A DNA stretch of 64,000 bases from Deltaproteobacteria bacterium. Its GTDB lineage: Bacteria > Desulfobacterota > Desulfobacteria > Desulfobacterales > ETH-SRB1. The stretch spans positions 11,692 to 75,691 of the forward strand of contig JAJSZW010000002.1 in the NCBI GenBank assembly GCA_030262895.1. Reading direction: 5' to 3'. This document shows, piece by piece, positions 1-9,426 of the stretch. The first letter of the stretch is position 1. Each line of letters begins with the position of its first letter. Made by a program: the position numbers and the translations under genes. The notes beneath the pieces are model-generated. The model was not told where the DNA came from. It did no database searches and saw only the letters and a list, made by a program, of their open reading frames with translations.

Positions 1-2664
1 AGGCAGGACAGATACGGCGCCATAAACACCCGCGGTACCGACAGCTTCAAGACCACCCGTAAGTGACCCTAACACTACGTCGAGTCCCAATCCTGCGCCA
101 AACGCCACGTATGCTTCGGCATACGCAGGAATAAACAGTTCACCACTAATGACAAAGGAAGGCGTTTCCTCGCCAATGGTGTATTCGCCTTCAACCGTGA
201 TATCACGTAACTGACCAGGACCAATGCCCGCTCGCACACCGGCACGCAAACGGATAACTGCTACCAGTATCGCCCAAAGTGGGATATTACGGCTAATACT
301 GAATAGTTCACGATCGGTTTTCTTTTCAGAGAATAGTTCGATGGGTTCGGTGACAGTAATCGCACCACTGATGGTAGTTGTACCTTCCGGAAGTATTTCT
401 AAACCCAAGGTGCCGGCAAGAAAATCTGTCAACTGCGCTGTGATATCGCCACCACCGTAAACAACCAGATCGCCTTTTTCTTTTTGCATTAAACCGAGCT
501 TCACATTGCCCGAGAGTTTGCCGTTATCCCTTTCGTAGTTGATCGTTTGTTCGCCTTTCCACAGGCCTTCACGATACTCGACGTGTAAATTGCCGCCCAG
601 GCCAGCGAGTTTATCGCTTTGTATCGGGATATCTACTTCGCCTTCCAGTTGGCCGTTAACATAATCAATCCGCGCCGATGTACCTTCCAAACCTGGTATA
701 GTAAGATTGACATCAGCGCCAAGCTCAAGCTTTCCTTTTTCGTAACCCGCACGTATATTGCCTGATCCGACACCACCCAGGCTTACGGCCACATCGCCAC
801 GAAAACCCACCTGCCCTTTTTCGTCGATACTTCCCGTTATAGAGCCAGATGTAACAGGCAGTGATTCTGGAAAGTGTTCGGCTTTTACGGTGATTTTCCC
901 GGACAAGCGGCCACTTTTATAACCAAAGGCACCTGTCACCGGTGCCAGCGCTGGAATGCTAATAGTGAATTGACCGCTGCCGCTTACCACACCCTTTGAA
1001 ATAGTGGCGCTCGCCAGGGTTCCTTCGCCGAAATCCCTGTAGACCAGTCGCAACCCGGTAATTACACCAGACAAGTCGCCATTATTCATAATGAGCTGGA
1101 TGCTGCCTTCCGGTACCTCCAGACCAGGAATCGGTGGTGCGATCTTGCTGGCCGGAACCGTCACATCTGCTTTTAGATTTCCTTCTTCAACTGCCAATCC
1201 TATTGACGCACCTTTTAGAAACTCCTGGGTAATATCAATTTTTCCACCACCCTTCGGTGTTCCATCCTGGAATCCCAGATTAAAGTCACCTTTAGCGAGT
1301 CCTTTATAATCCAACGTGGCATTAACGTTGCCGCCGAGTTTTCCTTGCGCCAGATGAATCTCGCCTCCGCCTTCTATGGAAAGCTTCGGCAAGCCTCTGG
1401 GTTTCATTTTGTTGGCGGTGACCGCCAGTGTTGCCGCGACTTGACCCGTATCGTCAACTGTGAGATTGAGTTCCGGATTGTTGAGTGCGCCGATATTTAC
1501 CGGCAACTTAGCGTTCCCCCTAAATGTTGCCTTGCCTTCTGCATTAAAATTCAGTTTGAGGTCAGAACGCAGTTCTCGTGCAAATGGCACATTAAGTTCA
1601 GCGCTAATCTTGCCCGATTTATTGTTTGGCCGGTAAGTTAGAGTTTTTAATGCAAGACCCGGAACCGTCTGAGGCTGCTTTGTCAGATCAGCCCGTTTAT
1701 TGTTGCGCCTTCCTGTTAACACATCTTGCGCAATACGTATTCCGCGACCAAGATTTATGACAATGGCATCATCCCCGGCCGCGTGAGGTTCCGGTGTTGG
1801 TGTTGGTACAGCGGGAACAGGTTCCGGTGGGGAAACGGGCGCGGTTGATGATGCGGTATCATCCGCACGCCGGATAGCTATCGTATTGTCCGGGCGGCCG
1901 GACGCATCCTTGACAGATAAACCTTGCACCACGGTATCAGCAATGCGATCAGCCTCCCGTTCTTGAGGATCATCAGGCAAACCCAGACTTAGTTTAGTCT
2001 TCGGTGGCGAAGGTCCATCAGATTGCTGAGTCGTGTGCGCAATTTCATGGGCCAAAAGCCGCTGCCCTTCTTCACTTTGAGGCTGGTATCTGCCATGACC
2101 AAAATAGATGTCCCGGCCACTTGCAAATGCCTGTGCTCCCAATGCATTGGATGCATCACCTGACCCAATATCTGTATGGAGCCGAACATTGCTCAAATCG
2201 CCTCCAAAACCGGGCTCCATCCGGGACCTGACATCCGGACTCATGCCATGACCCTGACCGCGAGTTTTTTCGATATGACTTTCAACACCACCGGGCACCG
2301 TTTCAGCAGAAGCCGCGTTACCACGAACAGTCGCCTGATCTGTATCTTGCTTACCAGCGTCAGTTCCCTGATTAAGGAATCGCTGCACCGATTGATTACC
2401 ATAGGACCGTTGCAATTGATTCAGCACACCGGCTCGTGCCAAATCATGATGGGATTGATAAAACGCCGGTTCGCTTAGGAGTGCTTTTGTGGAAGAAGGT
2501 GGCGGTTCTGCGCCCGCTGAAACGGACGAACGCTTAACGCAATCATTCTGTCCCCCACTCTGGTGAACAGATTCTGCGTTTAAGCGCTGCTGCTCGACAG
2601 TTTCAGGAACATGTAACTGAACTGCTTCAGGCGCTTCGAACGGCTTTTGAGTTCTTTCAGTCAT
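1..2664 (-). CDS. Large DUF4157-domain (HExxH) protein with Gly-rich/hydrophobic C-terminal extension. Partial: the 3' end runs off the window (at least 888 codons). Candidate CIS payload.
   Basis: Absent from the ORF track because there is no stop in the window. My manual minus-strand translation from ATG 2664-2662 (MTERTQKPFEAPEAV...) stays open to position 1. It contains ...GDLSNVRLHTDIGSGDASNALGAQAFASGRDIYFGHGRYQP...LLAHEIAHTTQQ, paralogous to the core of ORF 19147..20031. The visible end is glycine-zipper-like (AFGAGLGLDVVLGSLTGGLEAVGTAGVYG). Confidence 0.75.
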   Translation of the reverse strand, partial: MTERTQKPFEAPEAVQLHVPETVEQQRLNAESVHQSGGQNDCVKRSSVSAGAEPPPSSTKALLSEPAFYQSHHDLARAGVLNQLQRSYGNQSVQRFLNQGTDAGKQDTDQATVRGNAASAETVPGGVESHIEKTRGQGHGMSPDVRSRMEPGFGGDLSNVRLHTDIGSGDASNALGAQAFASGRDIYFGHGRYQPQSEEGQRLLAHEIAHTTQQSDGPSPPKTKLSLGLPDDPQEREADRIADTVVQGLSVKDASGRPDNTIAIRRADDTASSTAPVSPPEPVPAVPTPTPEPHAAGDDAIVINLGRGIRIAQDVLTGRRNNKRADLTKQPQTVPGLALKTLTYRPNNKSGKISAELNVPFARELRSDLKLNFNAEGKATFRGNAKLPVNIGALNNPELNLTVDDTGQVAATLAVTANKMKPRGLPKLSIEGGGEIHLAQGKLGGNVNATLDYKGLAKGDFNLGFQDGTPKGGGKIDITQEFLKGASIGLAVEEGNLKADVTVPASKIAPPIPGLEVPEGSIQLIMNNGDLSGVITGLRLVYRDFGEGTLASATISKGVVSGSGQFTISIPALAPVTGAFGYKSGRLSGKITVKAEHFPESLPVTSGSITGSIDEKGQVGFRGDVAVSLGGVGSGNIRAGYEKGKLELGADVNLTIPGLEGTSARIDYVNGQLEGEVDIPIQSDKLAGLGGNLHVEYREGLWKGEQTINYERDNGKLSGNVKLGLMQKEKGDLVVYGGGDITAQLTDFLAGTLGLEILPEGTTTISGAITVTEPIELFSEKKTDRELFSISRNIPLWAILVAVIRLRAGVRAGIGPGQLRDITVEGEYTIGEETPSFVISGELFIPAYAEAYVAFGAGLGLDVVLGSLTGGLEAVGTAGVYGAVSVLP

Positions 2665-2682
2665 TGATCCGGTTATTAGTCG

Positions 2683-3561
2683 TTAAGTGGATACTGCCAG
2701 TGAATTATCCGGTTTACCTCTTGCCAGCCAATTGCTATTGATATTTTGTTTTTCTGAAAGCGAATCTTGTTTTACCGACGGTTTGAAACGCTTTAGCAGA
2801 CGCTCCAGATCTCTGCAAAATTTTGCTAAACATGCGGATTTTGTTTGGATACTGTCCTGTTCGTCACCGATCAAGACGTGCGTGCTACGGTTAACATTCC
2901 ACTCTTTAACAATCTCTATCCAGCTATTTTCGGATAGAACGGTAGTAATTACTGCAAGCCGCTGATAGAAATTGAGCAGAAAATCATAATAGGTATCTAT
3001 TGAATACCGTGTACCTGGTAACGCACTATCAACACGGCGATTCCATAACTGCACGACATATTCATATATATCCCGGTGTAAAACAAACTCATGTATTTGA
3101 TCCTGCCAAGCGCCAACATTCATATGTACCAATTTCCACGCACCCGTCGGACAAAGCACATCTTTGCGAAGCGCTACTATGCTGTCCTCGGTAAGTGCCG
3201 GATAGGTTTGACACACATGTGGGCGAAACGCATGAATACCACAGCGGCCGCCACCGCCAGGTAACTCCGCAAGAAATATACAAGGCTTATACTGCCGATC
3301 ATCTCGCACTTTATCTAAAGCGATATCGAAAGCATTACCACTCTGATCAAGTTTAAAAGCACCTGCAACGTTGGAAGTTGCCTGGGAGTAAACCAGGAAT
3401 TGTTGTGGAGCGAGTTTCAATCCTGAGACAATTCCCCAAACATCATACCCTGTCACTGTAACCGTATATTCGATACAACACCGCGCAGTACAGGTTGAAC
3501 AGGCACAAGCCGTGCTGCTAAGTGTTGGCGACAGACGCTGCCTGGAATCAACTATCTGCAT
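2683..3561 (-). CDS. YkgJ/UPF0153-type cysteine-cluster protein (CxxCxxxCC ... C-x-FL ... RPxxC-x-x-YP), paralogue 2
   Basis: Motifs CACSTCTARCC and GGGGRCGIHAFRPHVCQTYPAL, plus VTGYDVWGIV shared with the upstream paralogue. The track ORF extends to 3720 but that would overlap the upstream gene by 173 nt. ATG at 3561 (MQIVDS...) gives a 14-nt overlap and is the preferred start. Confidence 0.6.
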   Translation of the reverse strand: MQIVDSRQRLSPTLSSTACACSTCTARCCIEYTVTVTGYDVWGIVSGLKLAPQQFLVYSQATSNVAGAFKLDQSGNAFDIALDKVRDDRQYKPCIFLAELPGGGGRCGIHAFRPHVCQTYPALTEDSIVALRKDVLCPTGAWKLVHMNVGAWQDQIHEFVLHRDIYEYVVQLWNRRVDSALPGTRYSIDTYYDFLLNFYQRLAVITTVLSENSWIEIVKEWNVNRSTHVLIGDEQDSIQTKSACLAKFCRDLERLLKRFKPSVKQDSLSEKQNINSNWLARGKPDNSLAVST

Positions 3562-4156
3562 AGAGGATCGCGTATTGATTTTCGAGGTGGTTACAGAAAT
3601 CGCTGAAGTTGAACTGCCGGTTGGTTTTACTCCAGACACGCTGGTTCCAGGACGCAAGGACTTCTTGGTACTCCATCTTCTGAGACTCATATTCCTGGCT
3701 TCTTTGATATTCTTCTTCAATCTCTAAATCACAGACTGACCATACTCGCCAACAACCCTGCGGGTCATTTATGACGTGCACAATCCCATCTTCACAATAA
3801 GCCGGATAGATTGTGCACTGGCATGGTCGTAATTCTCCTAGACCACAACGGTGCGCACCATCATTAGTACTCACGAGAAATGTACAACCACCATAACGAC
3901 GTTCATCGATGGTTTTCTGCAGCACCAGTTCATAGCGCTCACCGCTTTGGTCCAGCACAAAGGTCTCATCATTGCCTTGAATAGCCTTTGCATATGTCAC
4001 GAAACGACTTGAGGTCAGGTCAAGCGTTTTCGCAATACGCCAAACATCGTAACCTGTCATCGTCACGCGGTAGTGATAGCAACACGTTCGTTGGTTGCAA
4101 TTTCCACAGACTGTCGTTTTCAGGCTTATGGGCTGAATATCGGCAGTGTTTGGCAT
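3548..4156 (-). CDS. YkgJ/UPF0153-type cysteine-cluster protein, paralogue 1
   Basis: Motifs CGNCNQRTCCYHYRVTMTGYDVWRI and GGCTFLV...HRCGLGELRPCQCTIYPAY match the putative zinc/iron-chelating CxxCxxCC family. Confidence 0.65.
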   Translation of the reverse strand: MPNTADIQPISLKTTVCGNCNQRTCCYHYRVTMTGYDVWRIAKTLDLTSSRFVTYAKAIQGNDETFVLDQSGERYELVLQKTIDERRYGGCTFLVSTNDGAHRCGLGELRPCQCTIYPAYCEDGIVHVINDPQGCWRVWSVCDLEIEEEYQRSQEYESQKMEYQEVLASWNQRVWSKTNRQFNFSDFCNHLENQYAILYADS

Positions 4157-4174
4157 AGGTTAAACAAACCTTCC

Positions 4175-7138
4175 TCAGGCATTACGTCTACGAACCAAAT
4201 AAACAATGACTATTATGACCAATGCAATCACAAGCCATATTAGCCACCGGTAAGGCGGCGTTGGCGGCACAACCGTGACCGGCTCGCTGACAAGCCCTCC
4301 CGCGTTTACTCTGACTTTTGGCGAATCGCCGGCTTTAAATTGAATCACTTGGACATAACTACCATCAAGGTTATCCGCTACCGGACCAAGTGTAGTTGCA
4401 TTCTCTACTGAAAAGGCTACTTGCTTGGCGCGTCCCATCCCCCATGAATTACCTATCGCGTCTTTAGGAGTGAATACTACTGCCTTGCGCTGATAACCTG
4501 CCGGTACTTTTTCTTTTAAGTGCTCCCAAATACCAGGGTCAAGAATCTCCTGCTGCGTGACTTCTGCCGATCTCAGTTGTGATGCCATCATCATACTACT
4601 TAGCGCCACATCAGCGTATTTACAGACAACAAATTCTCGGTTTACACAAGCTTTCCTGCCGGGCTTTATACTCTCTACCTTAAATGACCATTTGTAGATA
4701 CCATCGTATTGTATGGTTGGTGACTTTGCCGAGAATATTCCATCATGTGCAACCCGGTCGCCATGGGTTCCATCGTCATATAATTCAACGGACTGCGTAG
4801 CTCGTTTGTTTGTAAATGGTTTATCTGCGAAATGGGCCAATGCATAGGCCATTCTCTGACGAGAAGACGCCGTTTCTCCCATAATTATTTTCGGTACGAC
4901 TTTACCGGTATGAGGCTTATAAGCTTCAGTAGTAGATTGTGCGTTCGCATTACCACTTGTCATTACTGGCGAATCAAACAACAACTGCCGCACAAGTGGA
5001 TCTTTGACAAGATAGCTTTCAAGGGATTCGGCAGGTGCATCAATATCAACAGTAACTTTCAAGTTATTCAGGCGATCTGAGGCCAAATGAGCCATCTGCA
5101 GTTCAAACAGAAACTCCATAGCAGTGCCTAACGATTCGAAACTAAATTTTGGTTGAGTTATAACCGGTGATTGTGCGTGGACATTGTATGAGTAATGTGT
5201 ATCTGCAGATACAGGTATTCCATTACCGCCTGTCAATTTCATGGTCCATTCCCCGGCACCTTGACCACCGCGAAGACGCTTGCCGCGGATTATGTACATC
5301 GCAAACGAGTCACTATCATAGTATGAGATATCACTGGATTGTGGAGTGATTACCTCGCCTGTGGGACTAGTCAAGGTTAATTGCACGCCCCCTGAAACAT
5401 GCCGATCCCAGTCAACAGAAAAAGTCAGTCCATATATGCTATCGTCGATGCACACGGTGTGTGTTTTAGTTGTGCCGCGCCTTATTGTTCCCTCAGGATC
5501 CACTATAGTTCTCAATCCTAACCAATCGGTTACCGCATTTTTAAAGGCTTTTTTTAGCGCAAAAGCATCAAGGCTATTAGCATCGAAAAACGCGCCTTTG
5601 GTGCCATCATTCAGAGTAACGCCATTGGCGAGATCCTTTAGCAATACATGGTCTACCGATACATTTCCGGTGCCATAACCAATGGTATACATAAGGATGT
5701 CCTTAGAATCCAGTACGCCAAGCTGGCCACGAGCATTACTACTAGGATTCTCGCCACCATCACTTAGAAGTAATATAGCTTGTTTTAGGTCAGGCCTTTC
5801 AGCCGAGCTTGGTGGTTTTAATGGATCATTTATCCGCGCATCCATATCACCAATGGCGGCGATAATACCAGTATCCATGGGGGTACCATTTCTGTGTTTA
5901 AGGCCATTCAAGTTTTGTGGCCCAAATGCATCGAGAATCCATTGGTGAGTGTTCTGGGATCTACCGATACCAACGACAATATCCGAGTCTGCGCTGGTAA
6001 AGGAATCGGGAAACGTACTGAGCCCTAAATAGGCCCTGCCGTCTGAGAAATCCTTGATCCAGTTGTTGATTTCTTGCCCCGCTTCTTTGGCCTTGGCCAG
6101 ACGGCTATCCTGGTCTGGGTCGCTAACTGTCGATGAACCGTCAGGATGCCATCCCATGCTGGCAGATACATCCATCAGGATATGGGCATAGAGATTCACG
6201 CCAGCGGCCGTGAGCGTAACTACTTCACTGTCGCCAGTGGCCGATTCCAATGTAAGCATTGAACTGCGTTCCTCCAAGTTGCCCGGGGATGCCATTACCC
6301 AAATGCCTTTCTTTTCCGTTTTACCATCGCTAGCATCCTCGTCATATACATTATCCATACTTCCACCAGGATCCAGGGGTTGTGGGGCTAATACATCTAC
6401 AGTAAAAAAGATTGGTGTCGGATTACTGGATATGGGTGCCCCGGTGATTGTCAAAGTGCTGGTTCCGATATTGCGTACATTAACCGGCATAACGGGCGCA
6501 TACTTAGATGACACTTCTTGTTGTACCTCACCAAATGCGATGGGGGGTAAAGGCTCTATTCTGGGCTGTGTCACTTCTGTATCCGTCTCTCCAGCAAAAC
6601 CAAAATATTCACGGTCATTAGTTGTCTCTTTGACCTTTAATTGCCAGGTCTCAGCTAAAGCGGGGAATGTATATGTATCCGCATAGTCCAACCGTACCAA
6701 TATCATTTTATAGCCACTAGCCACATTGGTACCGGTCACCTCTTGGGCCAGCATGGTGTTTACAACGGTTGTCGCCAATGCATCATCCTCTGCCATAGAC
6801 TTTGGTACCGCATCTGCACCACCCGTACCCAGCACTTGAATATCAACAGGGCTTCTATTGCCGTTAACACCAGGGTTTTGCGGCTCAATACGGAAATTTA
6901 GATCGGCCAAGGCCGTGTCCGTGACAAATTTGATATATGTTTGCCTTCCGGTTCCTGCTCCGACAGGTGGACTAAACGATATTAAAGTCTCGTAGTCCGT
7001 TGGCGTGGCGCTTGAAGCAACCTCTTTATAAAATTCCGACGCAACTGCATGCGCACCAATACTAAACACACCTAACAGGAACCAGATCGTTAAGTAATTT
7101 ATCTTTCTAGTAAATGTACTCATTTCCATACCCTCCAT
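4175..7138 (-). CDS. Secreted, membrane-anchored multidomain protein: N-terminal signal peptide, Ig-like region, vWA domain and C-terminal TM anchor
   Basis: N-terminus has hydrophobic LTIWFLLGVFSIGAHAVA. MIDAS-like motif is ILMDVSASMG with downstream LLLSDGGEN. A YDDGTHGDRVAHDGIFS motif is present. The C-terminus WLIWLVIALVIIVIVYLVRRRNA is a single TM helix plus a basic tail. Confidence 0.7.
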   Translation of the reverse strand: MEGMEMSTFTRKINYLTIWFLLGVFSIGAHAVASEFYKEVASSATPTDYETLISFSPPVGAGTGRQTYIKFVTDTALADLNFRIEPQNPGVNGNRSPVDIQVLGTGGADAVPKSMAEDDALATTVVNTMLAQEVTGTNVASGYKMILVRLDYADTYTFPALAETWQLKVKETTNDREYFGFAGETDTEVTQPRIEPLPPIAFGEVQQEVSSKYAPVMPVNVRNIGTSTLTITGAPISSNPTPIFFTVDVLAPQPLDPGGSMDNVYDEDASDGKTEKKGIWVMASPGNLEERSSMLTLESATGDSEVVTLTAAGVNLYAHILMDVSASMGWHPDGSSTVSDPDQDSRLAKAKEAGQEINNWIKDFSDGRAYLGLSTFPDSFTSADSDIVVGIGRSQNTHQWILDAFGPQNLNGLKHRNGTPMDTGIIAAIGDMDARINDPLKPPSSAERPDLKQAILLLSDGGENPSSNARGQLGVLDSKDILMYTIGYGTGNVSVDHVLLKDLANGVTLNDGTKGAFFDANSLDAFALKKAFKNAVTDWLGLRTIVDPEGTIRRGTTKTHTVCIDDSIYGLTFSVDWDRHVSGGVQLTLTSPTGEVITPQSSDISYYDSDSFAMYIIRGKRLRGGQGAGEWTMKLTGGNGIPVSADTHYSYNVHAQSPVITQPKFSFESLGTAMEFLFELQMAHLASDRLNNLKVTVDIDAPAESLESYLVKDPLVRQLLFDSPVMTSGNANAQSTTEAYKPHTGKVVPKIIMGETASSRQRMAYALAHFADKPFTNKRATQSVELYDDGTHGDRVAHDGIFSAKSPTIQYDGIYKWSFKVESIKPGRKACVNREFVVCKYADVALSSMMMASQLRSAEVTQQEILDPGIWEHLKEKVPAGYQRKAVVFTPKDAIGNSWGMGRAKQVAFSVENATTLGPVADNLDGSYVQVIQFKAGDSPKVRVNAGGLVSEPVTVVPPTPPYRWLIWLVIALVIIVIVYLVRRRNA

Positions 7139-7155
7139 TTATTTGGCTGTCGGAT

Positions 7156-8430
7156 TTATGTGAATATGATGTTTAACACACTAGTCGTTAATGTATCACT
7201 ATCACCATCCACGTCCACTTGAATATTTGTTGGCAATGTTGTTCCAGGCGGGACTGCTGGTGTAAATGAACCAGTGCTCGGAACGGTAACTCTGATTCGC
7301 TGTGTTTCGTCAGCTAAGGGTGACAACACAATTACACTCGTTGTTGAGGCTCTTACCGTTGAGGTTCCATCATCCAAAAACCGCACAGTCGTACCTGTTG
7401 CCGGACCGCCAACCGATAGACCCGCGCGGTGTATTCCAGTTCCTCTTATTTCAAGATTTGCAGCACCAGGAATTGTCGTCCCGGGAGTGAAACTAATTAC
7501 ATTGACGGGTATCACAGCCGGTGTCACTGTAATCGAAACAGTGTCAGACTGACCTTGGGCGCTGGCTGTAATGGTAACTGGACCGGGATTAACAGCGGTC
7601 ACCGTTCCATTGGTGGGGTGTACCGTTGCAACGGCCGGGGCAGAACTAGTCCAGTTGAGTCCCTCTCCTGCGGTCAACGCATGACTGGTTCCATCATCAA
7701 AATTACCATTGGCTACTAAGGCTTGTGTAGAACCTTCAGTAATAGTTAATGGTCCACCTGGAGATATTGAAATACTGGTTAAGGTGGCAGTCCCCGGACC
7801 TGCGTCGCCAAGCATCTCACGCACCTGTTCTGACAAAATCGCCAAACGCACTCCGCCTCGTTCGGTTGTGTTTGTTACATTCAGTGTGTCTGCAACGCCG
7901 CCGCCCCCACTGGCTACCGCAGTTATTGTCGCTAAGGGAACAAAGGGTGGCGTGGGTGCTGGATCAGCAGGCAAATTAACGCTCAGCAACGCACGTTCTA
8001 ATGTCCGATCATCCTCAGATGGCGAAACCCCGGCTCCGCCTCCTCCCGTCGAAATGTAATTATACTCGTCACGTTGGAGCGTCACCGTTAGTGTGTCTCC
8101 GTGGGAAAGCGATTCTGTGCTCAGGTCAAACTCCCGGTCAGTGACGGGTAAATTGGGTATCTCCAATTCATAACCTGACATTTTGTCTGTATCACGAATC
8201 AGCGCGCTTCCGGGTGTAACACTCACATTCATTCCTGATACAGATACTATCAATGGCGCTACTTCATCGTCTAAATGGAGTCTGCCTGGATCAAATAACA
8301 AAAAATTTAAATATCGGCGTATGGCGATATAAAAATTTTGATCTGTCTTAAATTCCTGGTCCTGCAGGAATAGGCCATTGAAATAACGCATCCTTACTGA
8401 TCGAGGTATATTTATAGTATTAGTAGGCAT
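7156..8430 (-). CDS. Tail-fibre-like / receptor-binding candidate with Big_2 and IPT-like Ig domains (Afp13 position)
   Basis: Big_2-like stretch ITEGSTQALVANGNFDDGTSHALT...WTSSAPAVATVHPTNGTVTAVNPGPVTITA. It lies directly after the baseplate genes. Confidence 0.5.
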   Translation of the reverse strand: MPTNTINIPRSVRMRYFNGLFLQDQEFKTDQNFYIAIRRYLNFLLFDPGRLHLDDEVAPLIVSVSGMNVSVTPGSALIRDTDKMSGYELEIPNLPVTDREFDLSTESLSHGDTLTVTLQRDEYNYISTGGGGAGVSPSEDDRTLERALLSVNLPADPAPTPPFVPLATITAVASGGGGVADTLNVTNTTERGGVRLAILSEQVREMLGDAGPGTATLTSISISPGGPLTITEGSTQALVANGNFDDGTSHALTAGEGLNWTSSAPAVATVHPTNGTVTAVNPGPVTITASAQGQSDTVSITVTPAVIPVNVISFTPGTTIPGAANLEIRGTGIHRAGLSVGGPATGTTVRFLDDGTSTVRASTTSVIVLSPLADETQRIRVTVPSTGSFTPAVPPGTTLPTNIQVDVDGDSDTLTTSVLNIIFT

Positions 8431-8433
8431 GAT

Positions 8434-9426
8434 TTATACTCCTATTGATGTAATTTCAAGAACTTGTTCGCGTGGCCATATCAAGGTATCGTATTGAATT
8501 GTTGAATAGTCTCCAACAACAATTCCCGGAAAACGATAACCTGCGGTGTAGTCCGTGTGTGCAGGTTTCTCCAGATTGAGCACCTCCCGGGTGTTATCTG
8601 TCACTCTACGAATAAACGTGAAGTCAAATGGCCGGGGCGGATCGCCTGCATCACGAAAACCATAAGGAATTTCTACACGAAACATATGTGGCAGACCCCC
8701 AACTCGGGTATCTTCTTTTATAGTGCTGCGTACACCTATCTGGAGACCTAATTCTTCTGATATTGTTACCGGAGACTCAACGAATATTTCTAACAGTGTT
8801 CGGATACCATCAAGTGTTCCGCGCTTCTTGTATATAGGGACAATTGACTGGATAAGGCGCCGCTTCTTAACTTCAGGCCATCGCTGTTGAAGACTTAGTG
8901 CAACCCAACTGGCCAGGTAGGGAATAAAGTCATCATCAAAATACCCGCCTTCACCCACAGAATCATCATAAACTGGACTCGGGATGGATTGGGGATCGCT
9001 AAAACGTTGTATATTATCAAGTAGTGCTTCTAAACCGGGAATGTATTCCTCCCGGTTTTGAGAACGGTTGTATAACTCCCTTATCCCTGACCGATAGTCA
9101 TCTAATGCGCCGTTAGTAAGTCCCGCCGTAATACCCAAATCTTCAAGTTCAGGTTGGCGCTCAGAGGACATGGTGCCGATGAATATCAGGCGTCGTGTAT
9201 CTTGTTCGTAATCTATATCGACTTCGCTTTCCAGAAAGCTTGCATCGTCTATTGTGCCGGTATTAAGCTCCACCCAACTTTTTAACAGACGGCTCGGCCT
9301 ATCCTCTTGCCCTGCCATTAACATCTCATAGAGCTTGACTAAACGCTCGAACGCAGAGTCTTCTGCCGCCTGATAGGTTGGTGGAAGATAAGCTGCATAG
9401 CGTGGTCTTAATGTATGATTACTCAT
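8434..9426 (-). CDS. Phage tail protein, P2 gpI-like domain (baseplate periphery)
   Basis: N-terminal YLPPTYQ and the internal block SWVALSLQQRWPEVKKRRLIQSIVPIYKKRGTLDGIRTLLEIF are typical of the tail-protein-I domain. A 4-nt overlap couples it to the upstream gene. Confidence 0.65.
   Translation of the reverse strand: MSNHTLRPRYAAYLPPTYQAAEDSAFERLVKLYEMLMAGQEDRPSRLLKSWVELNTGTIDDASFLESEVDIDYEQDTRRLIFIGTMSSERQPELEDLGITAGLTNGALDDYRSGIRELYNRSQNREEYIPGLEALLDNIQRFSDPQSIPSPVYDDSVGEGGYFDDDFIPYLASWVALSLQQRWPEVKKRRLIQSIVPIYKKRGTLDGIRTLLEIFVESPVTISEELGLQIGVRSTIKEDTRVGGLPHMFRVEIPYGFRDAGDPPRPFDFTFIRRVTDNTREVLNLEKPAHTDYTAGYRFPGIVVGDYSTIQYDTLIWPREQVLEITSIGV

Noticed and set aside
6210-6686. Long antisense or off-frame ORFs inside large genes. 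Examples: 6210-6686 (+), 14033-14452 (+), 14775-15245 (+), 33086-33712 (+), 36342-36824 (-), 38281-38799 (-) and 58552-59067 (-).
   Set aside because: They lie fully within strongly supported genes on the opposite strand or in another frame. They have low-complexity or repeat-mirroring translations and carry no motifs, so they are typical shadow ORFs.
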